The notes beneath the pieces were generated by a model. That model saw only the letters and a program-made list of their open reading frames with translations, was not told where the DNA came from and did no database searches. DNA of 64,000 nt from Ministeria vibrans ATCC 50519 (taxonomy: Eukaryota > Protista > Filasterea). Both the position numbers and the translations under genes were made by a program. Location: contig CALSCP010000733.1 in NCBI GenBank assembly GCA_943704425.1, positions 62,001 to 126,000 of the forward strand, written 5' to 3'. Shown piece by piece: positions 1-12,000 of the stretch (position 1 is its first letter; every line of letters starts with the position of its first letter).

Positions 1-3000
1 CGACACCATACTCTTCGCCATCTCCGAATTCTCCGTCACTACAACTCCAACTACAGTTGCATGGGCCTCGTTCACCAATTCACGAGCTACATGGGGAAAT
101 CGCGAACGGTCATCAGCATTGGGATACCCATCCGTCTGAAAAATGACGAGGCGACGGGCTGCTTCTTTCGGACGCCAGTGAAGACTTGAAATTGCCATTT
201 TAAGCGGTTTCGAGTACGCCGTCAAACCGAACGAGTGCCTCAAGTTGCGAATCCGGTTGGCACCTTCATCAAACGTCGTAGAGCCGCACTGAAAGTGTGC
301 AAACACTTCAGAGTCACTCCCAAATGGAATGAGCGCCATCCGGTTGTCTGGGTTCCGCTTCAATGTGTCCTGGCACAGCTGCTGAGCAAACCGCACCGCT
401 TGGTCTTTGTAACTCCACATGGAGCCACTCAGATCGAGAATCACACACACATCGCTTGGTGGGGTCAGCGTCACTTTGTTCAGCAGCTGGGGAAGCGGTA
501 TGGATGATAGGCTAGGAGCAAGTGCCAGTTTTCTCAGCGACTCCGACGACGGCCCAGGCGCATCTGCCTTCAGACCCACAAAGTGCATGTCGACGCCTGT
601 TAGCCAGGCTGTTGCGTTGGCCACGTAGCGGTCTGTGCCACCCTTCTCCCACTCCAACCACAACTTGGTAAAGCCCACATCGACTACCACACGGCCACGA
701 TGGTCTCCAAAGTTTCCCTCGTTCACCACCACAAGAGACTTTGCTTCTTTTGGGCCTTTGTTAGCGGGAAAGCCTCCAGTCACCACCGTCTTCCAGTTCC
801 GTGGAATATTCTGCGGCACAGCCACGGTCTCACCCTCATACAGCACTTGAATGCCCGTCATCAGGACGTGGTCGGGCGTTACGCTAAATTGCCCGCATGA
901 CTGCATTGTGCCATCGGGAGCGGTTACTCCCTCTGCCGCCACAAAACTCCCGCCAGGAATGTTTCCCGCCAAATGCATCTTCCCGCCGGTAAGGGCACGC
1001 AAGACCACATTCGCATGCCAAAAGTGTGGATCATTCTCGCCAAACACAAACAGCCCACCTCGCTGCCGGTTGAAAGACAAGCACGCGCTCGCCAGTGTCT
1101 CTGCCAGCACCTCCACGCGTCTGGCTTGATTTTCGCATCGCCGCACCACGTCAACCTCAGGCCCACTAATCACCCAGGCCACTTGGAATTTACCGCTTTT
1201 CAACTTGTTCACAAACTCCATCTCATCACACACAATGTGCAACTGGAAGCCCTTGAGACCCAAGCGTGATTCGATGTTTTCTTTCAGGTTCTTAGTTTTC
1301 AAGTGACGTCGATACACAACCGGATCCCACAAAGTATCAGAGGGAAACAGCGTGCGACATTCTTGTCGTCGATGATGCTGCGGACTTAACCCAATTTGGA
1401 GGCCGTCGCGGACATAATCAAAGTCACGCATCATGTCGCCCTTCTTGCGCAAATTCTCCAAAATGAAGTTTGCCTCCTTGTCGCTGCGGCACTTCATCAT
1501 CAGGAAGCCGTATTCCACCGAAAAGTCGCCCAGAAGCACATGAAAGCCATCAAAGGCCTTCTCCCGTGCCAAGTCAAAGTGCGCCCCTCGCGGATTCTTG
1601 TACTCGTCCTGCACCACAGTCTTCTTCTTCAGCTCCTCACGCAAAGCCGCCGCCCCCAGAGTTTGATTGTAGTACGCCAGAATGCCCGGATGCTCCACTC
1701 GAAGCAAACGAGAGACCACTTTCAAGCTCGCGCGTCGGCGCTCCTCAAGCTCTGCCTTGGCACGCTCCATCATCAGAGTTGTCGCATCGCGTCGTGTCGA
1801 CCGATCATCACACCCGTGCAAATGGCGAAAGTGGTCTTGCAACACTTTACGCGCCTCGATGTCATGCCACGCCGCTCCAGGCCAAATCTCGTTTGACTTT
1901 CGAAGGGTGCACAAACCGTCGAAAAACGTGCGCTTTAGAAAGTCTGGCGATTCCAACAGCTGCTTCACCTTGATCGGCGCCAGCCATGGCTTATGCAACT
2001 GCGTCAGAAACGCCAGCTGCCACGGCTTGGGTACAACCAAATGGGAATCCTCGCGAAGCATTCCGCGCGCCAGTACACCCTGCATAAGTTCGTCCTCGGG
2101 GAGACACACGCGACCCCGTTCCAACGCTTGCGCAAACTCCTCATCTTTCAAAAGACCAATTAATGTGGCACTGCCAACATCGGGATCACCATCACGGTTG
2201 TCGACACGGAAAGCGTGCCATAAGCACATCTCCTGCAACAACTCCGACGTGACTCCTTCGCACCCATGCATCACTCTGGTCAGTTGCTCCAGACCAGATG
2301 GCCACTTTCGGTGTGCCGGATACTGCGATTCGGCCAGCCAAAGCGCAGCCTTGTGTGTCAGCTTTTGCTTCTCAACATTTCCCAACGCATGCGCACTCGC
2401 AAAGCGAGGATCAGGTGCAAGCTCAGCAAAGACTCCCGTGAACAAGGTCACCACGTTGCTGCGCGCTTGTCCCGAACCTTCACGGTCCTCTCCAACCAGT
2501 TGACACATCGCACAATAGACATCTTCACTCAGTCGCTTGTTCATCTGCACCAGCTCGGACTCTTCTGTCATCGGTACCTGAAGCATTTCCGTACCATAGC
2601 GTGACGCCCAAAGGAGCATGCCACGCCGCAATTGAGCATCGTCGCCCACACGCTGCAAGACATGCTTGTCACACCGCACATACAGTAACCAAGTCGCGTG
2701 CAAAAGCGGATTGCTCGGTCCGATCTCCTGCTCCACGAACTTGCGGCTCGCCAACCTCACAACGCGCTCGGCCAGATCGTTACCGTGCTTCTCTCCGATC
2801 GTCATCGCCATGAGCGAGCACAAGTTCACAGGGGCCACCGCATTGAGACACGCCTGCTGGTCGGGACACACCTCCAAGAGATTCAACAGATCCGGCACAC
2901 TGCTGATGAAACAACGACTCCACTCGACACTTGCCTTATGCCATGAGATCGCCGCACTTCGCTGCAGATTGGACTGAATCCACTTCAGGTCGGTGTAGTC

Positions 3001-6000
3001 ACCGTGCTCGGCAAACGCTCGACCGCAAGCAAGCGGCTGTCGCTGCACGCCAATCGCGGTCACCAGAGGAAAGTCGGGCTGGTCAATCACAACGAGACGC
3101 TGCAGCACGGCCACGTCGGGCAATTCAATTTTCAGCATGGCGTCCTTCTCGCTGACTCGTTGGTGCGCATTGCTGAACACATAGCGAACCCATGACTGGA
3201 GTCGGAAAGTCGGATGGAATCGCGCGGAGTACGGCGCCTGCGACGTGTACTCGGGAAACGACATGAAGGTGTAGCCGTTGGGCTCGGGATCGTCTTCGAC
3301 ATCGGAGTTATCCAAGTTCACGTTGATAAAGCCTTCGGACATGAGCATCTCCACCGAGATGGGGGGATAACTCAAGCTCGCCGCGGTCGCCGACACCAGA
3401 GCTGTGCGCACAAGCAAACTCATTGGATCAGTATCGCGCTCGTTCGCAAGTACACACACCGTCCTGGCGAATTCCGTACTCCGTTTCTGCGGGTTCAGTG
3501 CTAACGTTTGGCCAAATCGTCGGAAAAATTGCAGCATATGAAAGGCAACGCGCTCCGTCGTGAGCACACCAAGCTGCGGTGCCTTGTCGTGCAGGACCTT
3601 GGCAAGCTCTGAAACCACAGGTCCCGCTGCAAGAACTTCAATGAGCGTCTCGCGGTTGCGAAACGTCAGCACGTCGTCACTGAAAAGCGCTCGAATCACA
3701 CCGCACCACCAGTGCAACTGCTCAATAACAGCGGTGCGTCGCATTGGATCGTCGGGCAGTGCCTTGGGCCGTTCCTGCAGAACAAGTCCGCGAATGTGCA
3801 TCGCTGGCAGACGACAACGGAAAATATCTACTCTCGCCGAGCCACACTGCCACGCCTTCACCAGATCCACATCGTGCTTTTCCATGCGATTTCCATAAAA
3901 AATTGTGCGCACATTGTGCTCTTGCGAGCGAACCGACAAAAACTGAAAAAGCTGAAACTTCTGACGCTCCGTCAGCATGTGGTACTCGTCCACGACGAGC
4001 CACAAACGGCCCTCGCGACCACACTGACGCGCCAGGAGCGACACCAGCGCCTCTTCAACCAAGACACTGTTGCTCGCGTCAAAGTACTGAAACTGACCGC
4101 CATACTCCTTCGCATCTTTAGCCCACAGCCTGCTCACCACCTTCTCCATGTAGCTCGTCTTACCCGCACCCGGCGGCGAAATCACAATCATTGCGCGAAG
4201 TTTCACCAACGACTGTTGCAACCCACCTCCCACATTGGCTTCCGTGCAACGAAGCAGCTCTTTGAGCTGCTTCTTCCAGTCACCCCGATAGTTCGTGGAC
4301 GAGCCGAGCATGAGCCAGCCGCTTTGATCGTCATTACTGTCAGGCGTCGTACTGTCCGGATCGACATAGTTCACATTCTCAATGGACGGTGGTGCACTCG
4401 TCGCGTCATCATCGTGGTCGGCCGGATGTGCCATGGCATATTCCAGTTCAACTAGAGTTGGCCGCACAAAGTGGTCAAAGTTGCAGCGGTCGCGAATTTC
4501 CGAAAAGTTGCGGTCCGTGTCGAGCTCCTCAAAGTAAATGTAGTGGAATGGCACTGCCTTTGTGTACTCGGCACACCATTTGAGTAGCGCGTCGGAGATG
4601 CGTCGTACTCCGTGCACGTACACAATAAGAGTGGCGGACGAGAAGGTGCGTACAATGTGCCGATAGAGCTGATCGTCCGACGTGAGTCCTTGCTTCCGCA
4701 ACAGCGCCACGTTGACAAAGTCAACCGGAAAGAGACGCTCGCTCAGGAGATAGCGTGTCGCAACGGAGCACACAAAGAGTCCGTACACGCTACTCGTGTG
4801 TCGTACAAATTCGTCGACGCCGTGCGGCAAACGCGTGTACTCGCGCAACACGTGCGACTGCTCCTCGTCACGGTTTGGATAGGTGTCTGCCAGAGAAAAC
4901 GCGACGATGGCGTGACGTAGTTGTTCACTCGCATTCAAAAGCTCGGGCAGTTGGTACTCGTGACTCAAAACCAGCCGTAACATCCACCGAATCGTCTCGT
5001 TTGCAACCGGTGCTGTAATGCACGCACAAATCCACGCGTGCAAATCCGCCGACATATTAGCCAATCGTCCGTTGAGAGTGTCGTTGCGCAGGATGTAGCC
5101 AAACGCGTGCTGAGCAGCACCATCCTGTCGTTGATTTGCTCCACAGCGCACAAACACCATCTCGCCGGCATGATGTGTGCGCACCTCGCACACCATGTTC
5201 GCCAGACCGGGTGGAATGAATCGCTCGTCGCGCTCGACACGAAGACAGGAGAAAAGTTTGACGTCGGAACGAATCTGTCCGTCGCCCCACCCTTGAACCC
5301 GTGACTCCTCGCTCAGCAAACCAAAGTTTTTGGCCTCGTCAGCACTCGACACACCCAGCATATTTTTCGCCTTGAATCTCTCGGGAATGCCCCCCAACAG
5401 AATCATCTCTAACAACTTGTCGTGAGAAGAAGTACTCTGTGACACAGCCAGTCCATTGCGTAGCACATCGCGCACCGTCTCGTTCACAAGATGTGATGGA
5501 AGCCACTGACGAAGTGTGCTCTCCTCCAAGAAATCACTGTTTGAAGAAGGTCCGTTGGAGAGCTCCTCTGTAGCTTCCTCCTGACCGAAGGGGCCTGTAA
5601 ACATGTCTTCATGGTTCTCCGCCAAGAAATCACTGTTTGAAGACGGTCGGTTGGGGCGCTCCTCTGCAGTTTCCCACTCGAAGCCTGTAAACATGTCTTC
5701 ATGGTTCTCCGCCAATAAATCACTGTTTGAAGACGGTCCGTTGGAGCGCTCCTCTGTAGCTTCCTCCTGACCGAAGGGGCCTGTAAACATGTCTTCATGG
5801 TTCTCCGCCAAGAAATCACTGTTTGAAGACGGTCGGTTGGAGCGCTCCTCTGCAGTTTCCCACTCGAAGCCTGTAAACATGTCTTCATGGTTCTCCGCCA
5901 ATAAATCACTGTTTGAAGACGGTCCGTTGGAGCGCTCCTCTGTAGCTTCCTCCTGACCGAAGGGGCCTGTAAACATGTCTTCATGGTTCTCCGCCAAGAA

Positions 6001-9000
6001 ATCACTGTTTGAAGACGGTCGGTTGGGGCGCTCCTCTGTGGCTTCCTCCTGGACGAAGGAGCCTGTAAACATGTCTTCGCGCTCGTTGAAATCAATTAAT
6101 GCCTTCCAAAAGTCGCTCTTTTCAGCGTCTAGCTCTGGTACTGCTTCACCCGACGCAACTGGACTGATGAGGCGTCGCGATTGCTCCAAGCAATTCCAAA
6201 AGTCGCTCTTTTCAGCGTTTAGCTCTGGTGCTGCTTCACCCGACGCAACTGGACTGATGTGGCGTCGAGATTGCACCACGTGATCCGAGAGCTCGCCAAA
6301 TGCCTCCGAAGAGTCGCTCTCTTCAGCGTCTAGCTCTGGTGCTGCTTCACCCGACGCAACTGAACTGATGAGGCGTCGCGATTGCTCCACGTGATCCGAG
6401 AGCTCGCCCAACTTACCTCGGAGCATGCTCGCCACCGTCACCTTGTCATCCTGACAAGCATTTGCATGCTTCCAAAGTTGGTCACCGACCCACTTGTACA
6501 ATTGGTCCTCCTCGGACAGGCTCGAACAAGGTGCTTCGGGCGCAGAAATAGGCCCCTGGCCGCTGTAGAGTGCCATGGCAACAAGCACCGAGAGAAAATC
6601 ATAGTACTCGGACACGAGTCCAAAGTAATTCAACATGGGTCCCAGCACAAACGCATCCGCAATGCAGTCGGAATCCGCCTCAAGGTTCACCGCAATGGGG
6701 CACAGCTGTTTGGTCGTCTGCGACTTCTTCAAGACAATGCCGTCACCCACCACAATGGCGTTCTCCGGCAGGTTGTTCACCAAAAAGCGCCAGGCTAACA
6801 GATTCGATGGGAAAGTCACCAGTGGGACCTTCTGGCGCACTGCATTGTCGTGTCGTCGCCCTTGTGACGGCAAGAAAAAGTTTGTATTGAGCAACTCAGC
6901 CTTGGACAGCAGCTGATAGGTGCTGCACGTCTCAAAGACATCATACCCGTCAGCAACATCCTTCACCAGAGCGCCTCCGGGCCCATCGATCACCTCAATC
7001 ACATCAGCGCACAGCGAAATCTCGGTATTCCACTTGTCCGAGGACACACTTCGACGACGCACGAGCGATCGAGCCTGGACAACAAAGTTCCTCTCGTTCT
7101 TGTCACCAAACGAAAAAGAAATGATACCCTCCTGCAGGTCCATCATGGACAGGCGGCTCGACGCGCGCTGAGCAACATCCACCGCCGCGCCGCTGGCCGC
7201 TTTCGACTGGCCATCGTCGACAGAAAGTGGGTGCAGCAAACTCGGCACCGAGCCGTGACGGCCACACGCATCAACAGTTCGACTCATACCACCGCTCTCG
7301 ACCCGGCCAAGCTCACTGCTGTCGCACGACGGCGCACCATCAGCAACGGAGCCCATGAGAAGCTGTTCACACTTGTGGCGTGTAGTCTTGTCAGAAAAGT
7401 CAAGGTCTGTGACACGATCCGGCTTACGACTGTCAACACGTTGAACAGCTTCTCCAAGACTGTCGAGCACCTGGGCAATGCCAGTCGCATCCGATTTTGC
7501 ACCTTCGGAGAGATGAGTCTTCAGCAAAAACGACCGTGCCTCGCGCAACGTGATGTCACAGCAATCGTGGGGTTCTCGCACAGACCACTCCTTTAACGCC
7601 AGTTTCAACATGATCAATCCAGTCTCATCGGGTTGGTCTGCCACAGCGACGCCGCGGTCGAGACCACCGCTACCGTTCGAGAAGCCAATGCCGCGAATAA
7701 GCCAGCGAAAAACACGGGGAAGAGTATTCGTGTTCGTATTGGTGTTCGTGTTGTGCCACTCCTTTGTCCGCTGTACCATGTCTTTCAACATGGGCTCTGC
7801 TACCTTCCGAGCTTCGCCAGCCTCCTGATACATCGCCTTGATCAGGTGCGCAAACACAGAGACGCGCTCTTCCGCCAGCGTCTCGTTCAGTGACTCCACC
7901 AGCGCAAGCACGGCCCGATGCCACAACTGATCGTAGTTGTGTCTCTCGGTGGCAGCAATGGTAATACCGGGCGCTTTGTCGGCGGGCAGAAACGAGCACA
8001 GAGCCTGAAGTGTGAGCGCACGATCATGCTGAGACGGGCCAAAGTAGCGCACAAGGGAGAGCGATGAGCGTTCGTGGACATCAAGTGCTGAGGGTACAGG
8101 GGTGTAGCATGGTTGGGCGAGAAACGAGTCAAGGGTGGAGGAGGACCATAGTGGTTGCTCAAGGTATTCGTCTCCGAGAGTCTCCTTGATCGTCTTGCAC
8201 AGCACAGAGAGTGAGACCTTCAAAGCCGCAAACCAGGCACATACCAGGTTGTACATGTAGCGAACGTTCGCGTTGGTGACCTCAACACCGCGCGTTTTCG
8301 GAGAAAAGTTGGGATAAGAAGCACAACGTTCGGCTTGTCGGCGGTGATGGGCCGCAAGCAAAACTCGGAAATTGGTGCGCATTAAATCCTCATCAAAGCC
8401 ATTGTCCACCACAATGTTCCATTGACAGGGAGCAAAGGTGAGCAAAGTGTCCAGCTCGCAAACTTTTTCCAGCTTCAACGACTCCGCGACACGCTGCCAC
8501 ATCATGCGCCCGTCGCTCTTTTGCTCGTGTACACTAATGTAGAATACACGGTCATCATGCTTCTGGCCGAGAAGAAAGGTCTTCGTTTCCGGCATGGGAG
8601 TGTACTTGTGAAACGCTTGATTAAAAGTGATCAGCAACGGGAGCGGTAGTAAGTGAGGCAAAACGAACCACTTGCCCAACGTTGAGCAGCCGAGCGGACC
8701 GAGAGCACGCGTGCGCATTGGAAATTCAACTTTGAGACGGTTGATCAGGACGAACGTTGCATTGTCAAGGCGGCAAGGCGATCCGTCAATGGCGTCGGGT
8801 CGCAATGGCAACTCTTGCTCTGGATTGTGCACCCATAGCAAAGCCACAATGGCGTGCATCGCTTGAAAATTAACAATCGGCTCACTGCCATTGACAAGTC
8901 GCTGTGTCATATAGCGCAAAAGCGCGACCTGAGCACTGTGCGATAGTCGAGCCACGTCACGTTTGCCAACTTTGATGACACCATCCGCAAGCGGTACCGG

Positions 9001-12000
9001 TGAGACGGAGTTGCACCAGTGTTGCAGCACAGCATCATGCAGCGAGGTCATGCCGTCGGCTTCGAGTGGCAAACCATTGGTTGTCGAAGGCGAACGAGCC
9101 TCATCGGACGGCGAGAGGTGCGACCAGGCGCCCACAAGTTTCTCAAGGTTGTCAGTCTGCAGAAACGCAACTGACCACAAAACACGCAAAGCTTCGTGCT
9201 TGGCATCGGGAAAATCAAGCGATCCGCAGCTCCGCAAAAAGTAGAGCACCGAGAGCTGTGGCTGCACCAGTTCACCGTTCGTCATGACACAGTCGGCAAT
9301 GTACGTGGAGACAGAGGCACTGTCATTTCCATAGGCCCTCTTGGCCCTTTCTATCACAGTCGTAGCCAGAAGATCGGCAGCGCAATGGGACGAAAGCAAC
9401 GACAACAAAAGGGCCACAAAAGCCGGTGAGAATTCGCCATCAAAGCTCGAAATGTCCTCAACTGACACAGGCTTCTCCTCGTCGGTCATATCCAGCAATT
9501 GGTACACAAAGCGCGCTAGAAGGGTTTGACGAAGAATGCTGTTGGTGTTGCGCACAGACGAGTGCAATATGGCCTGCAGCAAGCACAGTCCATACTTTGG
9601 CGCATTTTTCAGCACCTTCTCTTCCAACTCCTCCCGAGAGCCCACAATAAGGCGAGCCGCTACTTCGGCTTGCTGAATAAGAAGCAGTGGTGGCGAGTCA
9701 AGTTGAATCAGCACGCGCAGCAGAGGGGGCCACTGAGTTGGCGAATCGCCCACACGAAAGTGGACACCAGCACGCAACACAACCGCAGTGTGCTTGTTGC
9801 TGAGCGTGATTCTGGCATCGCAAAGTTGCTCGAAAAAGTTGGTGGCCTTGGTCGCGTGGAAGTAGGCAATGGAGAGTGCGGAAAAAGCAGCGGGAATGCG
9901 CTCTAGACTCCAATCGCACACGTGAAAAAGATTGTCAATAAGATGTAGATGAGGCAATGCGCTGGGAAGTGGACTGCTCGATTTTTCCATCGCAATAGGC
10001 ATAAGGCACCGTGTGAGCTGCTGCAAGGTACGTTCCTCGGCGCCCTGCAGCACGCTATCAAGGACCCTTGCGTCCAGCTGCATAATGAAGCGCAGAGGAT
10101 GGGAGCACATTGCAAGTGCGTCAAGAAATGCAGTGAGACTTGGGGGGGACTGTCGGAAGGGCACCCCAAGTTCGTTCCACGGTAACTCTTCCCCTCGCGT
10201 CGCAATTTGCAACACAGCTGTGCACACGCCTCCCTCCTCAAAGTCAGCAATTGATCCACGCGCCGCATACTTGATATTGGCGTCAAGAGAGGAACTCGCA
10301 CTCGACGGTAGACACAGTGTCTCAAGTAGAGAAAGACCCGAAATGTTCGGCAGTGTCGGTAGAAGCGAGTCCAGACCCTTCAGGACAGCTGAAATGCGCT
10401 CCCCCTCTCTCTGATCCGATGCAATCGCAACGTGAAGAAAGGTGTAGGCCCACAGACGCAAACAGTTGTGGTGGTGCAGAACTTGTGCGCACGATGCCGT
10501 AGCGTAAAACTGGTCAAAAGAGAGCAGGCGTGCGGGAGTGTCGCACCCAACGCCCCAGTTTTGCACAAGAAGGTCGACAAGTGACTTGAGCCAGATAGTC
10601 ACTTGTGTCGCGCGACCCGCTCCCTGCGCTCGCGGCTGCTCAGAAAAAGCACTGTCAAAGACAGCCTGGCAAATCACAAGCACTCCGTCCAAAAGATGCT
10701 CAGGAACACCAACGTCGGTAAAATCCATCTTGTTGAAAACAGTGCCCGGTTGGCTCTTGGTGAGCATGTCAGAGAGCGGCAGAGTGACGTGACGACCCAA
10801 CAATGTCCAACAAATCCACAGCACCCTGCTGCAGTCGGGGGCGCCGGAAGCCTCGTCAAGACGTGCACTGGCAGGCGTGGCGGGCTCTTGTAATGTCGAC
10901 GAATCCAGGTCGTCGTTCTCGCCACCGATATCCTCCGTGCGCAAGGAAGGGGGCACGTAGTGAGAAAAGTTAAAGATGCAGTTGGAGTTTGTGTCAAAAC
11001 GGTCCAACTCGGAAAGGGGAATGAGAGATGACAAGACAACGATTGTCTTGATGCCCTCTCGGACCAACGTACGCACGGCTGTGAGACGCTCCTCCGCTCC
11101 CAACAGGTGACTCCGTCGCAGCACGGCCCATACCATTTTCTTGCGACGCTCCCGACGAGTCGACAGCTGGAGAGTGGCAAGACGTTCAAAGAAGTCCACA
11201 TCACCACAATCCAGAAGCACTGGGTGCCCGAGAGCAACAGGTAAGGACTTGGTATGACGGGCTGCTTCCTCAACGCCACGGATGAGACGATCCGTCACAA
11301 CAGCGTCTCGCTGAACTACCACCGCGACCTTGGCGCTGAGATTCGGCTGGCCGACTTCCATCGTCGTTGTCGCATTCGTCTCTGGTGTACTGTGTTGTTG
11401 CTGAAAGGCAGCACCACCGTCGTTGGGCACGCTCAGGAGCCATTGAAGCAACGACTCGCGCCAGCTGTCGAGGTTTCTGTTGCGCTCCTCAATGGCTTTC
11501 CAATCACGCAAGCTCATCCCCGTCATCTGGTCCAGCAGACTATCAGTCATGCGGAAAAGGAGCGCAAGAGGGCTGTCCTTGGCGAAATCAACGGCGGGTG
11601 AACTGACCATGGCGGTGGTGCGCGAGGAATGTAGAGTGGGTGCGAAAATATGTGCGGCGAGATCGGTGGAGCGCAAGTTGTTGATCAGCGCAGGGCTGTG
11701 TTGCAGTACAATACGAAGAGATCCAGCGTCACCAAGAAAAGGGTGCACAAAGCGCGCCATGGCACTGGCGGAGATGGGCTCGCCGAGGGAAAGAAAGGCA
11801 ACGGTAAAGCAACAGCTTTGCTCCAGCTCGCGCAATCGAGCGGTCATAGCTGCCAGGTTGGAGCGCGCCAAAGTGAGACGTACAATCACAGGGCGCCAGG
11901 TGTCCCACGACTCGGCCTGACACACATGGAGAAGACGTGTGAAATCTTTCTCGTCGAGCACGAGAAGCCGACGACTCGAGTCCATCTTGTCTTCGCTCAA

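Noticed and set aside
5522-6410. CRISPR-like array
   Set aside because: No unique spacers, units are multiples of 3 within a CDS, no cas genes, eukaryotic context.
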